Shown: one piece after another, positions 26,346 to 39,504 of the stretch
How positions within the stretch are numbered: the stretch's first letter is position 1
Layout: each line of letters starts with the position of its first letter
Assembly (NCBI GenBank): GCA_013265495.1
Contig: MU058844.1
Span: 4,641,535 to 4,705,534 of the forward strand
From: Vicugna vicugna
Taxonomy: Eukaryota
DNA length: 64,000 nucleotides
Reading direction: 5' to 3'
The notes under the pieces: generated by a model
Database searches by the model: none
What the model was told of the DNA's origin: nothing
The model's input: the letters and a program-made list of their open reading frames with translations, nothing else
Program-made: the position numbers and the translations under genes

Positions 26346-26890
26346 CATATCTGAAACAGAGCTCATGATTTCATCATGATTGACTTCTCTCCCTGTCCCT
26401 CTCATCCCTGCCAGTAGCAATGATGTTCTCTTTGTCATTCAGGCTCAAAGTCCAGAATCATCTTTAATTCTGTTTCTTCTCTTCCCTCAACATCTAAGTG
26501 TGAACTTTTGCAGGTCTTACATTTCTGACATTTCCTTTGGTTTCTCTCTCTGTACTTTAACAGCTTCCTGATTGGTCTCTTTTCCTCATGACTCTCTCTC
26601 TCACACAGTCCTTTCTGTGCATAATTTCTAGATTAATCTTATTAAATGAAGTCTGATTCTATCCATTACTCAGTTCTCAAAAACAATCAGTAGTTTATCA
26701 TTATCTACTAAATTACATGCAAACATCTCAGTCTTATGTAAGGACTCTTGCAAAAAATGACTACAACTTACTTTTACTGTTCTATCTTCCCTTTATCTCT
26801 GTGAATATTCTGTGAAATGGCCAAAGTGGAGTACTTTTACAGTAAGGTTGCAGCTGGCTTTTAAGTCCTGGTGCTTTAGCTAGTGCTAAT
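26346..26890 (+). mobile_element. L2 LINE fragment
   Basis: 'catatctgaaacagagctcatgatttc...gtcattcaggctcaaagtccagaatcatctttaattc...acagcttcctgattggtctc'. Confidence 0.7.
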
Positions 26891-28719
26891 GGGGGGGGGT
26901 GTGCACGTGCACATACATCATTTCTGCCTTACCATTTTCTTCTTTTTAAATTACTCATGGGTAAATTCACTCCAAACCTTACAGTGACTTATATGTGATA
27001 CATATGATAGATATTTGGAACTACTTGTGGAATTAAATATACAACGTGATAAGGGCAGAAGGTTCAACTCTGATGATGGGTGAAAATAATGACCCAAAAG
27101 AAACTAGAGATTATCCTCTGAACATAAAGGAGAAAGGTTTGCAGGAAAAGTAGGAAAAAGTTCCAACAGAATAAAAGAATGATGAAAGTAAGTTCTGAAG
27201 ATCCCTGTTGTGACTCTGGAGAAGGCCCTGACTGTGAGAATATACATAACAATTTGGATGCAACTGAAATTTGCCATGAGTCCATAATGTCTGGAATGGG
27301 GATGGACCTTCAGAATACATTGGCATTAGGAAAGTAGGCCGTACAGGAGATACAGTTCTGACATTAAGAAGCAAGTTGCTTTAATGGGTATAATTTTCTT
27401 CATCTTTAACTATTTCAAATGAATGACTAGTTTACAAGGTGAACCATCTGCTGTCATAGATATGGAAAAAAGGAGGTTTTCTTTCTCTGTCAGCTACTGA
27501 TCCATGTTCAGTGTTATGTTTTTGTGAGTGAAGCTTATCAATATATTTCTGTTCTGTCAAAAGAGTACAATTTTAGTGACTGAAAGAGATGATATAGGCT
27601 TCATTCATCTGATGCAGACTGGGAGCATCAAAGGACCACGTGACTTCGGGAAAAAGTTTGGAATATTGTTGAGAAAGGAGAAGAGAAAATCATGTGTCCT
27701 TATGGCTTGGCTTGGGTTAACAGTTTTTGAATTTAAATGCTACAAAATTTGCAGTTGAAGATTGTACTCATTTTTGAGCCACCTGCTTGGGATTGTTGCT
27801 GCTGTAATCTTATCTTGATAACTGTCAGAATAGTACTTTCTGAGAACTATTTTTATAAGGCTTATGGTTGGTCAGTTAAAGATTCACGAAATGGGGAAGT
27901 AGACAAGGATCAAAGGCCAGGAGAAAGCTGGGGACCCTCTATCATGTCTTTTTAGTCCTGTTTCTGTGCTTGCAGTGCTTCCCTGTTGTGTATGTGAAGG
28001 AAATGCTCTCACCATTTGGTTGTGGTACATAGGTCTGTTAAACAATAATGCAGTAAGGTGGAAAATTCTTTTAGTACACAGAATTCTCCTAAGTCTGATT
28101 ATCAGCATTTCTGAGGAAAAAAAATACCTTGATTGGCCTATGGAGGTGGAATGTGAGATTGCAAGTACATACTCAAGGAAAAAAAATACAATTACTAATT
28201 TGTTGTACATAAGATACAGAAGTGAGCTTGCAGGCTCTGAAGGAGAAGATGGGGGAAGGAAACAAGCATAACATAAAGAAAAGAAGGTTCAAGGGAGGGA
28301 AAACATCTAGTAAGTTTTGAGTGAGGGAAGGAGTGACATAATTCATTTATTGCATTGTGTCCAGGAAGAGAATTTCACATCCCGAAATATTGACATTAAT
28401 TTTTTTGCAGTGAGGGGGAGAATGTAAAGGCCCTCTCCTGAGCTTTTTATGGAGCCATCAGTAAACAGATAACTAATTTTATTTATCGATGTGTAAGTAT
28501 ATTCTTTTAGGTTAAGTCAAAGAGGCATTGAATTCTAAACCAAAATTAATACAAAGGTAAAATAGGCTGCTATAATAATTAGAGAGTAAGAAATCATCTG
28601 ATATCCAGGGTACAATATGTTTTAAATGTTTGGGATTAGTTAGATAGCACGTATAGTTGACAAATGCTAAGTTCCTTCCATTAGTTTAAATATAGATTGT
28701 TTGTTTCAACACTACATAG

Positions 28720-28874
28720 TTTTTTTGGGTTTTGGGTTTTTTTTTTGCCTTTTTTGGGGGAGGAGATTAGGTTTATTTATTTAGTTAATTATATTAATGG
28801 AATTACTGGGGATTTAACCCAGGACCTTGTGCACACTAAGCATGTACTCTAACCACTGAACATACCCTACACCC
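28720..28874 (-). mobile_element. tRNA-derived camelid SINE (Vic-1-like)
   Basis: Reverse complement reads GGGTGTAGGGTATGTTCAGTGGTTAGAGTACATGCTTAGTGTGCACAAGGTCCTGGGTTAAATCCCCAGTAATTCC...AAATAAATAAACCTAATCTCCTCCCCC plus an A-rich tail, with degenerate Pol III box A and box B. Confidence 0.85.
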
Positions 28875-29516
28875 AACATCATTCTTAAATCTCTCGTTTT
28901 CTGTCTCTGTCTTTCTCATGCTCTCTCTCTCATCTTGTGCAAACTAGAGCATACTAGATAAATTATAAATATTAATCATTCATTCATTCAGTCAAAAATA
29001 GCAGGTACTCAGTAAACAATTTTTAACTCCCCTCCTGACTCCCTTAAGTTAAAGTCCTCAGACACTTCTGTTCTGTAATCCTGTAAATACTTTTGATTAT
29101 AGTACTTATCTTAGTATTTTTAATAATGTTTCTAATTCTATCTCTGGTGTTAGACTATGTATTTACTTTTTTGTTGAGAGTATATCATTCACAATGTTTG
29201 GCATGGGTAATTATTTGTTGAATGCTATTCTATTTCTGTATTTCATCTAATTTGCCAGAATATGGTTGTGCTATTTCCTTCCTCCACCAACTCTGTCCTT
29301 TTTTTTTTTTTTTTTTTAAATCATCTCCACTGACAGTGCTCTCTCTCTCACCTTCACCTTTTCCCCTCTTGACTGTGAGCCCCTTGAGAACACGGCTATG
29401 CCTCCACATTTACCTGGGCCTTCCCAGCATCTGGCCAGAACAGTTGCACTACAGAACTAAACTGTTGGTCAGATCAACATTCTTGTGGATCAGAAGCTCA
29501 GTACCTAGAACATAAG

Positions 29517-29518
<2 letters not shown>

Positions 29519-29547
<29 letters not shown>
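29519..29547. repeat. (AC)14 microsatellite
   Basis: Perfect dinucleotide run seen directly. Confidence 0.95.
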
Positions 29548-29550
<3 letters not shown>

Positions 29551-30441
29551 CTTTTAAAAAACAAGTTGAATGGATGAACGAATAAATATTTTCTATTCCT
29601 AGTTATTCTTCAAACACCAGTCTTGGTGCCTATCTATGGACCTGACACAACATTTTATTCATTCTTTTCTTGGCATCTGCCTTATTTATTTGTGTACTTG
29701 TGTGTGCCTATGTGTAAGACGATGTTTGCATCTCTCCTTTCTTGACCAATCCCCCACCCTTACCCACATTATAAGTTCTTTCATGAGAGGAACTATGTCT
29801 TAATCATTTATTTTTAACTCACCAGAATATCACATATTAACACTCATAATTTTAATTAGATTATAACAAGAAGCATTCATTTTAATAGCGTATGTTTCTT
29901 TAATTGTTTAAAGTAGGTTAGTTTTGTGTTTTCAACAAGGGTGAAATATCCTTGATTGAGGTACAGTGTCTTTTTCTATTTCTTCAAGACTTTGTACCAT
30001 CTTGGGAATATAACAGCACATTCAGAATTACTTTCCAAATCATTAACTTTGATTTCCCAGGTGTATAAATTATTTTTGAGTAGTGTTTTGAACACTGAAG
30101 GTTTTGACTTATTTGGCATCTGGATTTGTCTGACAGATGATTTAAAGAGTCTTATAATTATAAAATATGATCGTTTATTGAGACAGATGTACATATGGTG
30201 CACCTTTTGAAATTAAATGAAAAGTGCCTTAGTCTAACATCTGTGTTGAAGGTATCATCACAGCAGGTCTCCCAGGAACTATTTGATACTTTCCTTGCTT
30301 CCAGTAGAAATAGTCTTTTACCATGCCTGTTCTATAAAAGTTTACTGTTTTCTTTCAGAGACATATCTTTATAGATTTGGTTTTATTTCACAATCGTAAG
30401 TGCCTTTTATAGCCATAGGTTTATTAGGTTAAATTATATAT

Positions 30442-33128
30442 TGTGTTAGAATGTAGACTAAGCTTCTACAAGAGAATACTCCAACACACAAGGGCTTAAA
30501 TTCCTAGTTTATTTTTCTTGTATGTAACAGTCCAGAAGTGAGCAGTCCAAGCTGGTTGGGGTGGCACTGCTTTCCTAGGTCATTCAGGGACCCAGTTTGA
30601 TTCCTCTGATGGTTTCATCATTCCCTAGTGTGTTGTATTTGTCTACTTTGTCAGAGGTTGATCACCCTTTGTCTGCAATCTAACAGAAATAATGGAGAGA
30701 AGTCCAAAGCAAATGTCTTTGTTTTTAAGGAGACAACTCAAAAATTACTCACATAAATCCCTGTCCGATTGGCCAAACTTAGATACAATGCTGTGCTCAG
30801 CTGCAAACAAAACAAAATAAGGTATACATCTGTAAGCTGGGCAAACAGGTGGCCAGCTAAAACCCCAAAGAGTCTATTATTAAAATGGAAATGTAGGGAA
30901 CAGTTACGGGTGGACAGTCTGATTCAGTCTGCTCCTCTGGCCACCCTCCATGAGTACCTGTTTCCCACATGTAGACCATACTCTTTCCAAATGAGCTAGT
31001 CACATTTCTTTAAGTTGTCCAGTCTACATAAAAACTGAGGCTAAGCTGAGTGTTGCATTTTCCTCTTTGTCAAGTTTCAACTTAGCCCTTGGCAATCTAG
31101 TAACCCATAAACTAATACAAAACTTATGTATGGCTGTGATACCCAGCATACAGTGGTGGAGCTGGAGAAGACTAACCACCATCATAATCTCTTGTTAATA
31201 AGGTAGGAAGGATGGGAGCAGTCACTGCTCCATAGGAATGACAAAAAATATGGTATGAATAATTTTGAGATACTTATTCTAGTACTGGAGTAAATTCAAC
31301 TGGACTCTTATCCTGATCTCTGAAGGGAACTCTCTGGTCTATTTTCCTTAAAATCCCCTGGTTCTTTTCTCTGGGGTAGGACTGAGTATTTTTGTGTCTG
31401 TTATCTTTTTTTTTCCCCCGTAACTGAAATGGGCATTGAGAGTACGCTTTTCAGGAACACTGATTTGGGGACAGTTAAGGGCACTTGCTGGTCAGACTTA
31501 CAGCTTCTTTGGCAATACAGATTCCTTAAAAATTTAATAAGCTTCTAAGCCTACTTGCTTCCAATAAAATTCATGTGAAAATCACCACATTCAGGTTACT
31601 TTTATTACTAGTTCTTAAGCCTCTGAGATATTTTATTATTTACTGCATCTGTGCTTGATCTCTCCTTCTCCCTTTCAGTTTAACACTAGCTAGTTTAAAG
31701 TCTTTGTAAAAAGTAGGCTTCAAGTAGGGAGTTAATCTGATCTTTGTCCCAGAGCAGTCTCTGGCTGTTTGACTAAAAAGTTTTATTTAAGAGAGGATTT
31801 AAAGAAGAGTTCTGAAGGGCAGACATAGCTTCTGCTGTTGAGAGCACAAAAGCAGTTGACTTTTCCAGCCCTGTGAGGCCAAATACCTCGCAGTCAGAAT
31901 AGATGGATGCCACAGGTAGAAAGTGTCTCCAATAAGAAGTCTGTTTTCTTTAATCTCAACTTTCAAATTGGCCTATTCATACATGAGCTCCTTTTTATTC
32001 TACAAGATTTTCCAAAAGAAGCAAGGAGCCACCATCACTCACCAGTATTCTGAGTTTTCCAATCAGTTTTCCAGAGCAATAGGCTCAGCAAGTATGTTGT
32101 CTGCCTTCCAGTTTTTGCCAGATTATGTCTTAGTTTGTGCTGCTGTAGTAAAATAATATAAACTGTGTAGTTTAAACAGTGAACTCATATTTTCTGACAG
32201 TTCTTGAGGCTGGAAATCTGAGATCAGGGTATCAGCCATGGTTGGGTTCTAGTGAAGAGGCCTATTCCTGGATTACAGATGGCTGTCTTCTTGTTGTATC
32301 CTATATGGTGGAGAGAGATCATCTTTCTTGTGTCTCCTCTTATAAGGGAATTAATCCAATTCATGTGGGCTCCATCCTCATGATTTAATTACCTCCCTAA
32401 GGTCTCACCTCTAAATACCATTACACTGGGAATCAGGGCTTCAATGTGTTAATTTTCAGGGACACAAATAATTAGTCCATAGCATATTGCATTTTTGCTG
32501 CTGCTTTATTAGGGATAAAGTAGGTCACTACCTTCTTAAGATTCAGTATCTGTTTCCCCATTGCCATCCACCTAATTTTTAAACCAGTAACAAATATTTT
32601 GAGTTCTATTATTGTGGTCTCACATCTCATACCAAAATTTTACTTGAGATGAGGTACAAGATAAATCTCTATAACAAATGATCCCAAACTGTTGTTATTT
32701 TAAACGAGATTAAAGTTCATTTTCTCATATCCTACCAGAGGAGAGAGATCAAGGCTGCTAGAGTAGGTCTACTGCAGTAAATCATGAATGTAAATTGCTC
32801 ATAGGATAATATTCAAGTTGATGTCCCATCATTAACTGGGATATTGTCTTCTATATGAATTAGAGGCAGAGAAAAGAGAATGCTGAGAGCAAATAGCTTC
32901 ATCTTCAAGGCAGTGACTCTGAACTTGCACATACTTCTTGTGCTCACATCGTATTTGACCCAGACTTAATCCCATGGCCATACATAGCAGCTATGAAGGA
33001 TGGGAAATCAAGTCTGTAGTAGAGTGTCCCAACTCCGTGGAAGCTAGACTAACAGGGTTCTGTTATCTAAGAAAATAAAGAAAGCAAACAAAAAAGAAAA
33101 ATTAATCCTTGAGGACACTTAGCAACAT
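30442..33128 (-). mobile_element. Two-LTR MaLR element (MLT1K/J-like LTRs plus MLT1-int)
   Basis: LTRs at ~30442-30926 and ~32640-33128 share homologous blocks ('attggccaaacttagatacaatgctgtgctcagctgc' vs 'tttgacccagacttaatcccatggccatacatagcagct'). The internal region starts 'gtctgctcctctggccaccc' and ends 'cacatctcataccaaaattt', typical MLT1-int junctions. Confidence 0.7.
32126..32484 (-). mobile_element. MaLR solo LTR, MLT1A0-like, nested in MLT1-int
   Basis: 'tgtcttagtttgtgctgctgtag...cagttcttgaggctggaaatctgagatcaggg...ctccatcctcatgatttaattacctccc...ttagtccatagca' (TG...CA). Confidence 0.85.
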
Positions 33129-34294
33129 AAAATATCAATTTATAAAGAATTATACTCAATTTCAAAGACATTTATTTTCTCTTACTAAAGATTGATTTTT
33201 GTCCTGTGTTTCAGAATTGAAGCATTAGTAACAAATATCTCTTGGTGGTTACTAAAAGTGGGACATAGGAAATTTTTCTGTACTCTTGAAATATCATCAA
33301 AACCACAAATAGAGAATTCTTAAAATTTGGAGGAAATAGCTCAATCACAGCAATAAGCAAACACTTTTTCCCACTAATTCTTGAAAATATTCATTTTTAT
33401 AAAAATACAGTATCTGTGAACTGAACTTAACTATTTTTTCTTCAGCAATTTATTTGGGTCACTGCACTTTTTATACTACTCTTTATTGTATTGTCTACAG
33501 AATTCTCAATTGACTGCAGAAATGATTAACAGTAGGCTCCCCTGCTGTTCAACTCAGTCATTTATGACTTCACCAGATGGTTTTGCTTTTTGGGCCAATG
33601 ATTTTTTTTTCATATTGTTTCCCCTCCCCTGGATACAGTCAAGATCTAAAATATGACACTCATTTTAATTTCATGACTAAAATATAAATTACTATGCATA
33701 TACATCTTTTATTTTCTGCATGTTTAAAGCTAATGACTAGAATGTTTGCTATTAGCTGTGGGTAAGGTAATTTTAGAATAATACCTATTTTCCACAATTA
33801 CTTTCTTCACACACCTCTGTTTATTATAGTTCTCTAATAATTCAAGTACCATTTGTTTTTACCACCTTTTGCAATCATCCCTTTGGTTACTTTTATGAAT
33901 TTGCTTTATTTAACAAGTTTATTTAATGTGTTGGTCAGGTCCTGACGAGGAAAGCTTATCAGCTGTTACTTTTCTAATTATTTCTAGACTATATAAATAA
34001 TACATAGTTTGAGATACAGTGATATAGTTAAACAAAGAAAAAAGGAGAAAGATTAAACTGCGTGAAAATTTCTCCCATGTTTTAATTCAGTTATGTCAGT
34101 CTATCTGGCAGACAAAAACATTATGAAACTTTACTTCTTTCATTGGTCATATAACATTTTCAGAAGTTGTTATGATCTTAGCATATGATCTAGCAAAGTT
34201 CTTATATTTTTATCACTTACTTTATAAATTATTAGTTTCTTATATTGATAAATTAATTAATAATTGACACATTACTAATGTCTTATATTATCTC

Positions 34295-34580
34295 TGCGTG
34301 GCCTAGCAAACGTTTGTTTACCAAACATCTGCTTTTTTATCTCCGTGTAAATTACCTTCCTCCCCTTTGAAGTCCCAAACCACACCCCCAGCATCCCCTT
34401 TTGTCTTGCTGAAGATGGTATTTAAATTGTGGACTTCAGCCATTTTGGCAAGTTACTCAAATTTTCTGTGTTCTCTCCCATGTATATAAGTTATCAAACT
34501 TTTGTTTGATTTTCTCCTGTTAATCTTAGACTAGCTGGAAGAACCTAGAAGGGTAGAAGAAAGTTTCTTCATTCCCCAAC
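34295..34580 (+). mobile_element. ERV1 LTR 3' fragment (MER41/MER4-group-like)
   Basis: 'gaagatggtatttaa...cagccattttgg...ttttctcctgttaatct...gaacctagaagggtagaagaaagtttcttcattccccaaca'. Confidence 0.7.
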
Positions 34581-35183
34581 AAAGGAACATTGTAGAAAGA
34601 AAGAAAACAGCATAAACTGAGCATACGACTACCAATAATTTGTTGTTGCTGTAGCATAAAATGATACAGTATTTTATTGTAACAAGTAACAAGAGATAAG
34701 GCTGGAGATTGGGTAGGAGGCAGGTTAGAAGCACAGTAGCATCTAATACGTAGTGGAGTTTCAGATGAACAGTCTTCATTGACCCAATCACATAGTCAAT
34801 GAGCAAATATATTGATGTCTTATTCTATGCTGGGTACTGCTTGTGGTGTTTTAGTTTCATGGCCAACATGATCCTTACATAGAACACATTCTTTTACTTC
34901 TGATTGTCTTTAGGGAAATTTTTTATATATAAAAATTAATTACGTGATTGAAAGTTACTGCTTTTGTTTCTTCTGAGTTCCTAGACCTATTTCCTTTAAA
35001 AAATTTGGGGCAAGTTGAGAGTCATTTTATGAAAGTAAGGATTGATACAGAGAAGGCTCAGTTTTCCTTTGTGTATGCTTTTCTGCTCTCTAGTACAGCA
35101 GAAATGCTGGAAAGCTTTCACACTGACTGCTGGATACTTTTTGTCTCTAGAGGACTTCTGGATCAAAGACAGGCTGAGGCCCC

Positions 35184-35565
35184 TGTTATGGGCTGAATTG
35201 TGTCCCACTCAAAGTTCGTATGTTGAAGTCCTAACCCACAGTACCTTAGAATGTGACTGTATTTGGAGATAGAGTCTTTAAATAAGCAGTTAAATTTAAA
35301 GAAGGTCATTGGCTTGGACCTTAGTTCAATATGACTGATTTTTTAGGAGAATTGGAAATGTGAACGTGGACACAGGCACAGAGGGAAGACCATGTGAAGA
35401 AAAGATAGCCATCTACAGGCAAAGGAGAGAAGTCTCTTAAGAAGCAATGCTGCAGACACCTTGATCTTGATCTTTTAGCCTCTGGAACTGTGAGAAAGTA
35501 AATTTCTTTTGTTTAAACCATGTCATCTGTGGCACTTTGTTATGGCAGCCTTAAAAATTAATATA
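35184..35565 (+). mobile_element. MaLR solo LTR, MLT1B
   Basis: Start 'tgttatgggctgaattgtgtccc...atgttgaagtcctaaccc...agaatgtgactgtatttggagatag' and end 'tttgttatggcagcc...taatata' follow the MLT1B consensus. Confidence 0.9.
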
Positions 35566-35809
35566 GCCTGAAAGGACATTGACATGACATCTAAGTGTCC
35601 TGAATCCCAGTGTTATCTCAAAGTGCTGGGTACTAGGAAGTCTAATACCTCCTACTGTCTTTCTCCCTTTTAATCTGCAACAGCTACAAAATGTCTCTCA
35701 CAATGGGGATGTCAGTAGACAACCACCTGACCACAGAGCTCTAATTAGTGTGGGCTTCTTTAAAGCTCACTCATTCATTTCAGCATCAGTAACGTTTTTG
35801 ACATTAGTC

Positions 35810-36017
35810 CAGAATTTCTTAAAATCAACATGGTATTTGGGTCTTGATAATTCTTTGTTGTAGGGCACTGTCCTATGTACGCACAATGTTTAGCAGCATC
35901 CCTGGCCTTTACTCTCCAGATGTCAGTGGCACTCCTCCAGCTTTAGCAACCAAAAATGTTTCCAAAAATTGCCAAATATTACCTTGTAGGCAAAATTACA
36001 CTTGGATGAAAGCATTG
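35810..36017. mobile_element. MER20 hAT-Charlie MITE
   Basis: 'gataattctttgttgtagggcactgtcctatg...tgtttagcagcatccctggcct...caaccaaaaatgtttcca'. Degenerate 8-bp TSD cattagtc / ctttagtt. Confidence 0.85.
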
Positions 36018-37389
36018 CTTTAGTTTGAATATCTAGATGGTGCTTTTTATGCATATTTATTATTTGAGTTAGATTATTGGAAGAAGGTCACCCAAGTGTG
36101 CATCTGCAAGAAAGAATTACTTTTCCTGTCTCTATGTAAACTAGTTTTGCTGACACCAAAGATTCACTTTCTTTATTTCTGACACTTTATTATTTGTTGA
36201 AAAATAGTCTAATTATAGTCTTCTTCTTTCAGAGTCATAGTTCTAATTATTAGTCACATTGACCTTTTCTGTTGAATAAAAAGAAACAAACGTTATATCA
36301 TAAACCATAAAAGCACTGGCATTAAATGCTAGTTGCAAAGAAGTACATTCCTTATGTACTCCCAAATTAGAAGGAAACGTCTTTGCAAGGGCTTCATTTA
36401 AATATATTTGAGAGTCTCCCTAGAAGATTTCTTTATTTTTAATGGAGCAGACAGTAGACTTTCATGACCACAGAGGTTTCTTTATGAAAAAATTAAGTCG
36501 AACTTTATTTATTACTTAATGAAAAGCCTTCTGTGGAGTTGGCATGTAACCTCACATCCTTTCTGACTTTAAAAATCTGTAAAAGTCAAATTATATCCAA
36601 GTCATTTTCATGGGGTGTGGTTGACAGTGTAGATAATTTTCTGCAAACGCTCATCAAGGCTGAGTTCTTTTGGAGAGCTTGTGAACTGAAGGGGCTGAAA
36701 GTCAGCCAGAGTCTCCGCAGTTGGACATTCGAATATTTTTGATGTGTCATATGTGGCTGCAGTGTCTCCTTAATGAAGGAGCTCAGATGTAAGCTCAGTT
36801 CTTTTGCTAGCTTTGCAACCAAATAGGGTCTGTGCACTAAAACAGGTATGACCTTATTTTAAAATGAGTTTTCAAGAAACTCCTCTAGAATCCTTTTAGG
36901 GATTATCTCTGACTGAATATGAGTGATGCTCACATCGACCATTCTGTACTTACAATGTATTCTTCCTTATTTAAAATTTTTCATTGTTTATATTTTTTTA
37001 TTTAGATGTTTTTAATATAAGCTTTTAAGATCTATGCTCAAAATATTAATGACTGGAAAAATAAATTCTCATTTAAGAAACAAAGGCTAATTAAGCAACC
37101 CAGAGGGAAATTTAAGTCGGCTATCAGAATGCAAGATTAAAGACTTCGATAAAATCTGCAAGGCTGGGTAGGAATGTGTTAAGAAACTAGCTCTCAGTTA
37201 ATAAGCAAGTACTATATCAATGATCAATATTCTAATGTTGAGAGTTTGAAAAGACATAGAACACACGGTCCCCAACTGAGTCATTTTTCATTACAGATGA
37301 AATTAATCCAGGTTATTGGTCCACAATGTTTTCAAGAAGAAGGTAGCCTTTAAAAATAATGGTAAAATAAATTCACTGTTCTATTCCAT

Positions 37390-38440
37390 TTACTCATGCA
37401 TTTAGCAGTACATATTTATTGAGTCACTACAGTGAACTAGGTAGTTTTGGAGGCTTGGGAATATAGTAGTGAACAAAAGAATTCTCACCCTCATAGACTT
37501 TACATGTCACTGGAAGAAAAAGTGAAAACAGAAGGAAATTTTAAAATATATATTCAATATGGTTATAGGTGGCTATGTAAAAAAGTAGAGGATGATAAGA
37601 GAGATAGTGAGTGCCTAGGTGTATGGCAGTCAGGGAGGGTGTCTTTCTTAGGTTGGTTACCTAGGAGAACAGCCTGGGATGGGGGTTCTTGTTCAAAAGA
37701 TTTATTTGAGGGAGAGGGAAGTATTCTCAGGAGAAGATAAGTGAGGCAAGCAGGATAGAGCTGGGTCGAAAGCTCAGCAAGAATGTGGTCTCAGTTGGAG
37801 ACTTTCATGTAGACCACAGGAAGCTCTGGAGAACAAATGCACTGCAGAGTTGGTCCTACCTGGAGGTAGGGTTTGCCTTTTGTAGCCATGTCACTTGATT
37901 GCTGGCTGAAGTGGTGTGGCATGGCCTGGGAAAAAAGCTCTCCCGTTTAGCTGAGGTTAATTATCTAAATAAAGGAGAGGCAGCTATAAGGTCTCATCAA
38001 GCAAACACTAGAAGCAGCTGGGAATGGATGTGCCAACCTGTAAAAGGCAGCTGGCTGGGGCTCCAGTGGTGCCCACTCACATCTCTGAAAAGTTGATGAG
38101 AACATAAGGGAGAAAGGTAGCTAACTATCTTAAAGAACATTCCAGGGAGAGAGAACAGTGCCTGCAGAGACCCTAGGGTGGAATTTTGCCAAAGAGACTG
38201 GAACTTGCTTGGATTTAGGAATAGCACTCTGTCCAGCATGATTAGAATTATGTGAACGAGGAAGAATGGTAGATGACGAGGAATGCGGAGGTGAGAGCAG
38301 ATCATGTAGGAACTTGCAGGCCACTGAATGAAATGGGAACTCATTGGAGTTTTCTGAACATAACGCACGACTGGATTTAGTTCTAAAATGTTCACTTTAG
38401 TGGATAGGGGAAGATTAGGCTGTAGAGTGCAAGGATGTAA
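37390..38440 (-). mobile_element. L2 LINE fragment interrupted by an LTR16-like element
   Basis: 'catttagcagtacatatttattgagtcactac' (reverse L2 3' end) and 'aagaacattccagggagagagaacag...cagatcatgtaggaacttgcaggccac'. Confidence 0.7.
37640..38081 (-). mobile_element. ERVL LTR16-family solo LTR
   Basis: 'ctaggttggttacctaggagaacagcctgggatgg...gatttatttgaggg...aagctctggag...gcagctgggaatgg...gcccactcaca'. Confidence 0.65.
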
Positions 38441-38989
38441 ATGTAAAATCAGTACTTGCCCTTTTAACATCCTTTTATTGAGTTACCACATGCTTTCAAG
38501 AAGCTATTGTGACTTTATGAATGCTTTTATATGATTTTGCATGTGATGATTATATACATTCATGAAGATTTTGTAAGCAGGGGTTATACTCAAAATATTT
38601 AGTGAGCAGTATTGCAGAACTTCCAACCAAACAGTATGGAAGCTGTGTTTTAGTCCAACATGTAGATAAGATACAGCATTTCTTCAGTCTACAGACATTG
38701 CCTAGTATACAATAAATCTGGAGACCCCTTGTAATAAAAACCTTACCTTTTCAAATGCTCAAGGCTCCAATACCAAATGGTAATTTTTGGCCTATTCTGA
38801 GAAAAAGAAGGGAACTCACTTGGGTCAAGTGGGTGTTATCCTATGATGAGATGTAGATCTTGTTGAAAATACCAGATATAGAATTTATAGGAAGGTTTTA
38901 AGTTAGAAAATAAAGAGTTTGTAATCCAGCAGGTAGGGGTCTACATGTTGAAATGTGGGAGTTAAGCCTCAGGGAATTTCCCTCCTAGG

Positions 38990-39160
38990 TACCTTTTATT
39001 GGACACTACTTCTGCTGTAAACCTGCATCATTTTATATGTTAACTACTTGTTTCTTCTGTCTGTTTTGTTTATTTCGTTCTCTCTAAGAGCAGGGACCAA
39101 ATCTCTTCTATTTACTGTTGTGTATTCAGAGTCTGGCACAGTGCCTGACCCTCCATAGAC
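38990..39160 (+). mobile_element. L2 3' end
   Basis: 'aagagcagggaccaaatctcttctatttactgttgtgtattcagagtctggcacagtgcctgac'. Confidence 0.7.
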
Positions 39161-39504
39161 ACATAGTCTGGATACCTGAGTATTGTGGCAAAACAGCAAA
39201 GTAGATAATAGGTTTGACTTTGTAAAAAGTGCATTTGGTTTGAAGACAGAGATATTCTATGGGTCAAATCAGGAAAAAGACCTTACTTCTCTAAGACAGT
39301 AATAGCTTGGCCTATGGTTGGTGAGTCAAACCAAGTAGCCTAGTTAGAAATACAGTAATTCCAAGAGTTAGGTGAGTAGCCTCTTGCCACTAAACTTTTA
39401 AATGAAAGAGAAATAAATTTCTGTCTTATTTAAGTCAGTATATTTTTGGATCCTTTTGTTTCAGCACCTTAGATTGCACCCTAACAAATGTATCAACTCT
39501 AAAT

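Noticed and set aside
28800..28874. tRNA-like sequence
   Set aside because: It is the SINE head: degenerate boxes, no full cloverleaf, followed by SINE body and tail.
37997..38470. 157-aa minus-strand ORF
   Set aside because: Lies across L2 and LTR16 remnants, so it is a chance open frame.
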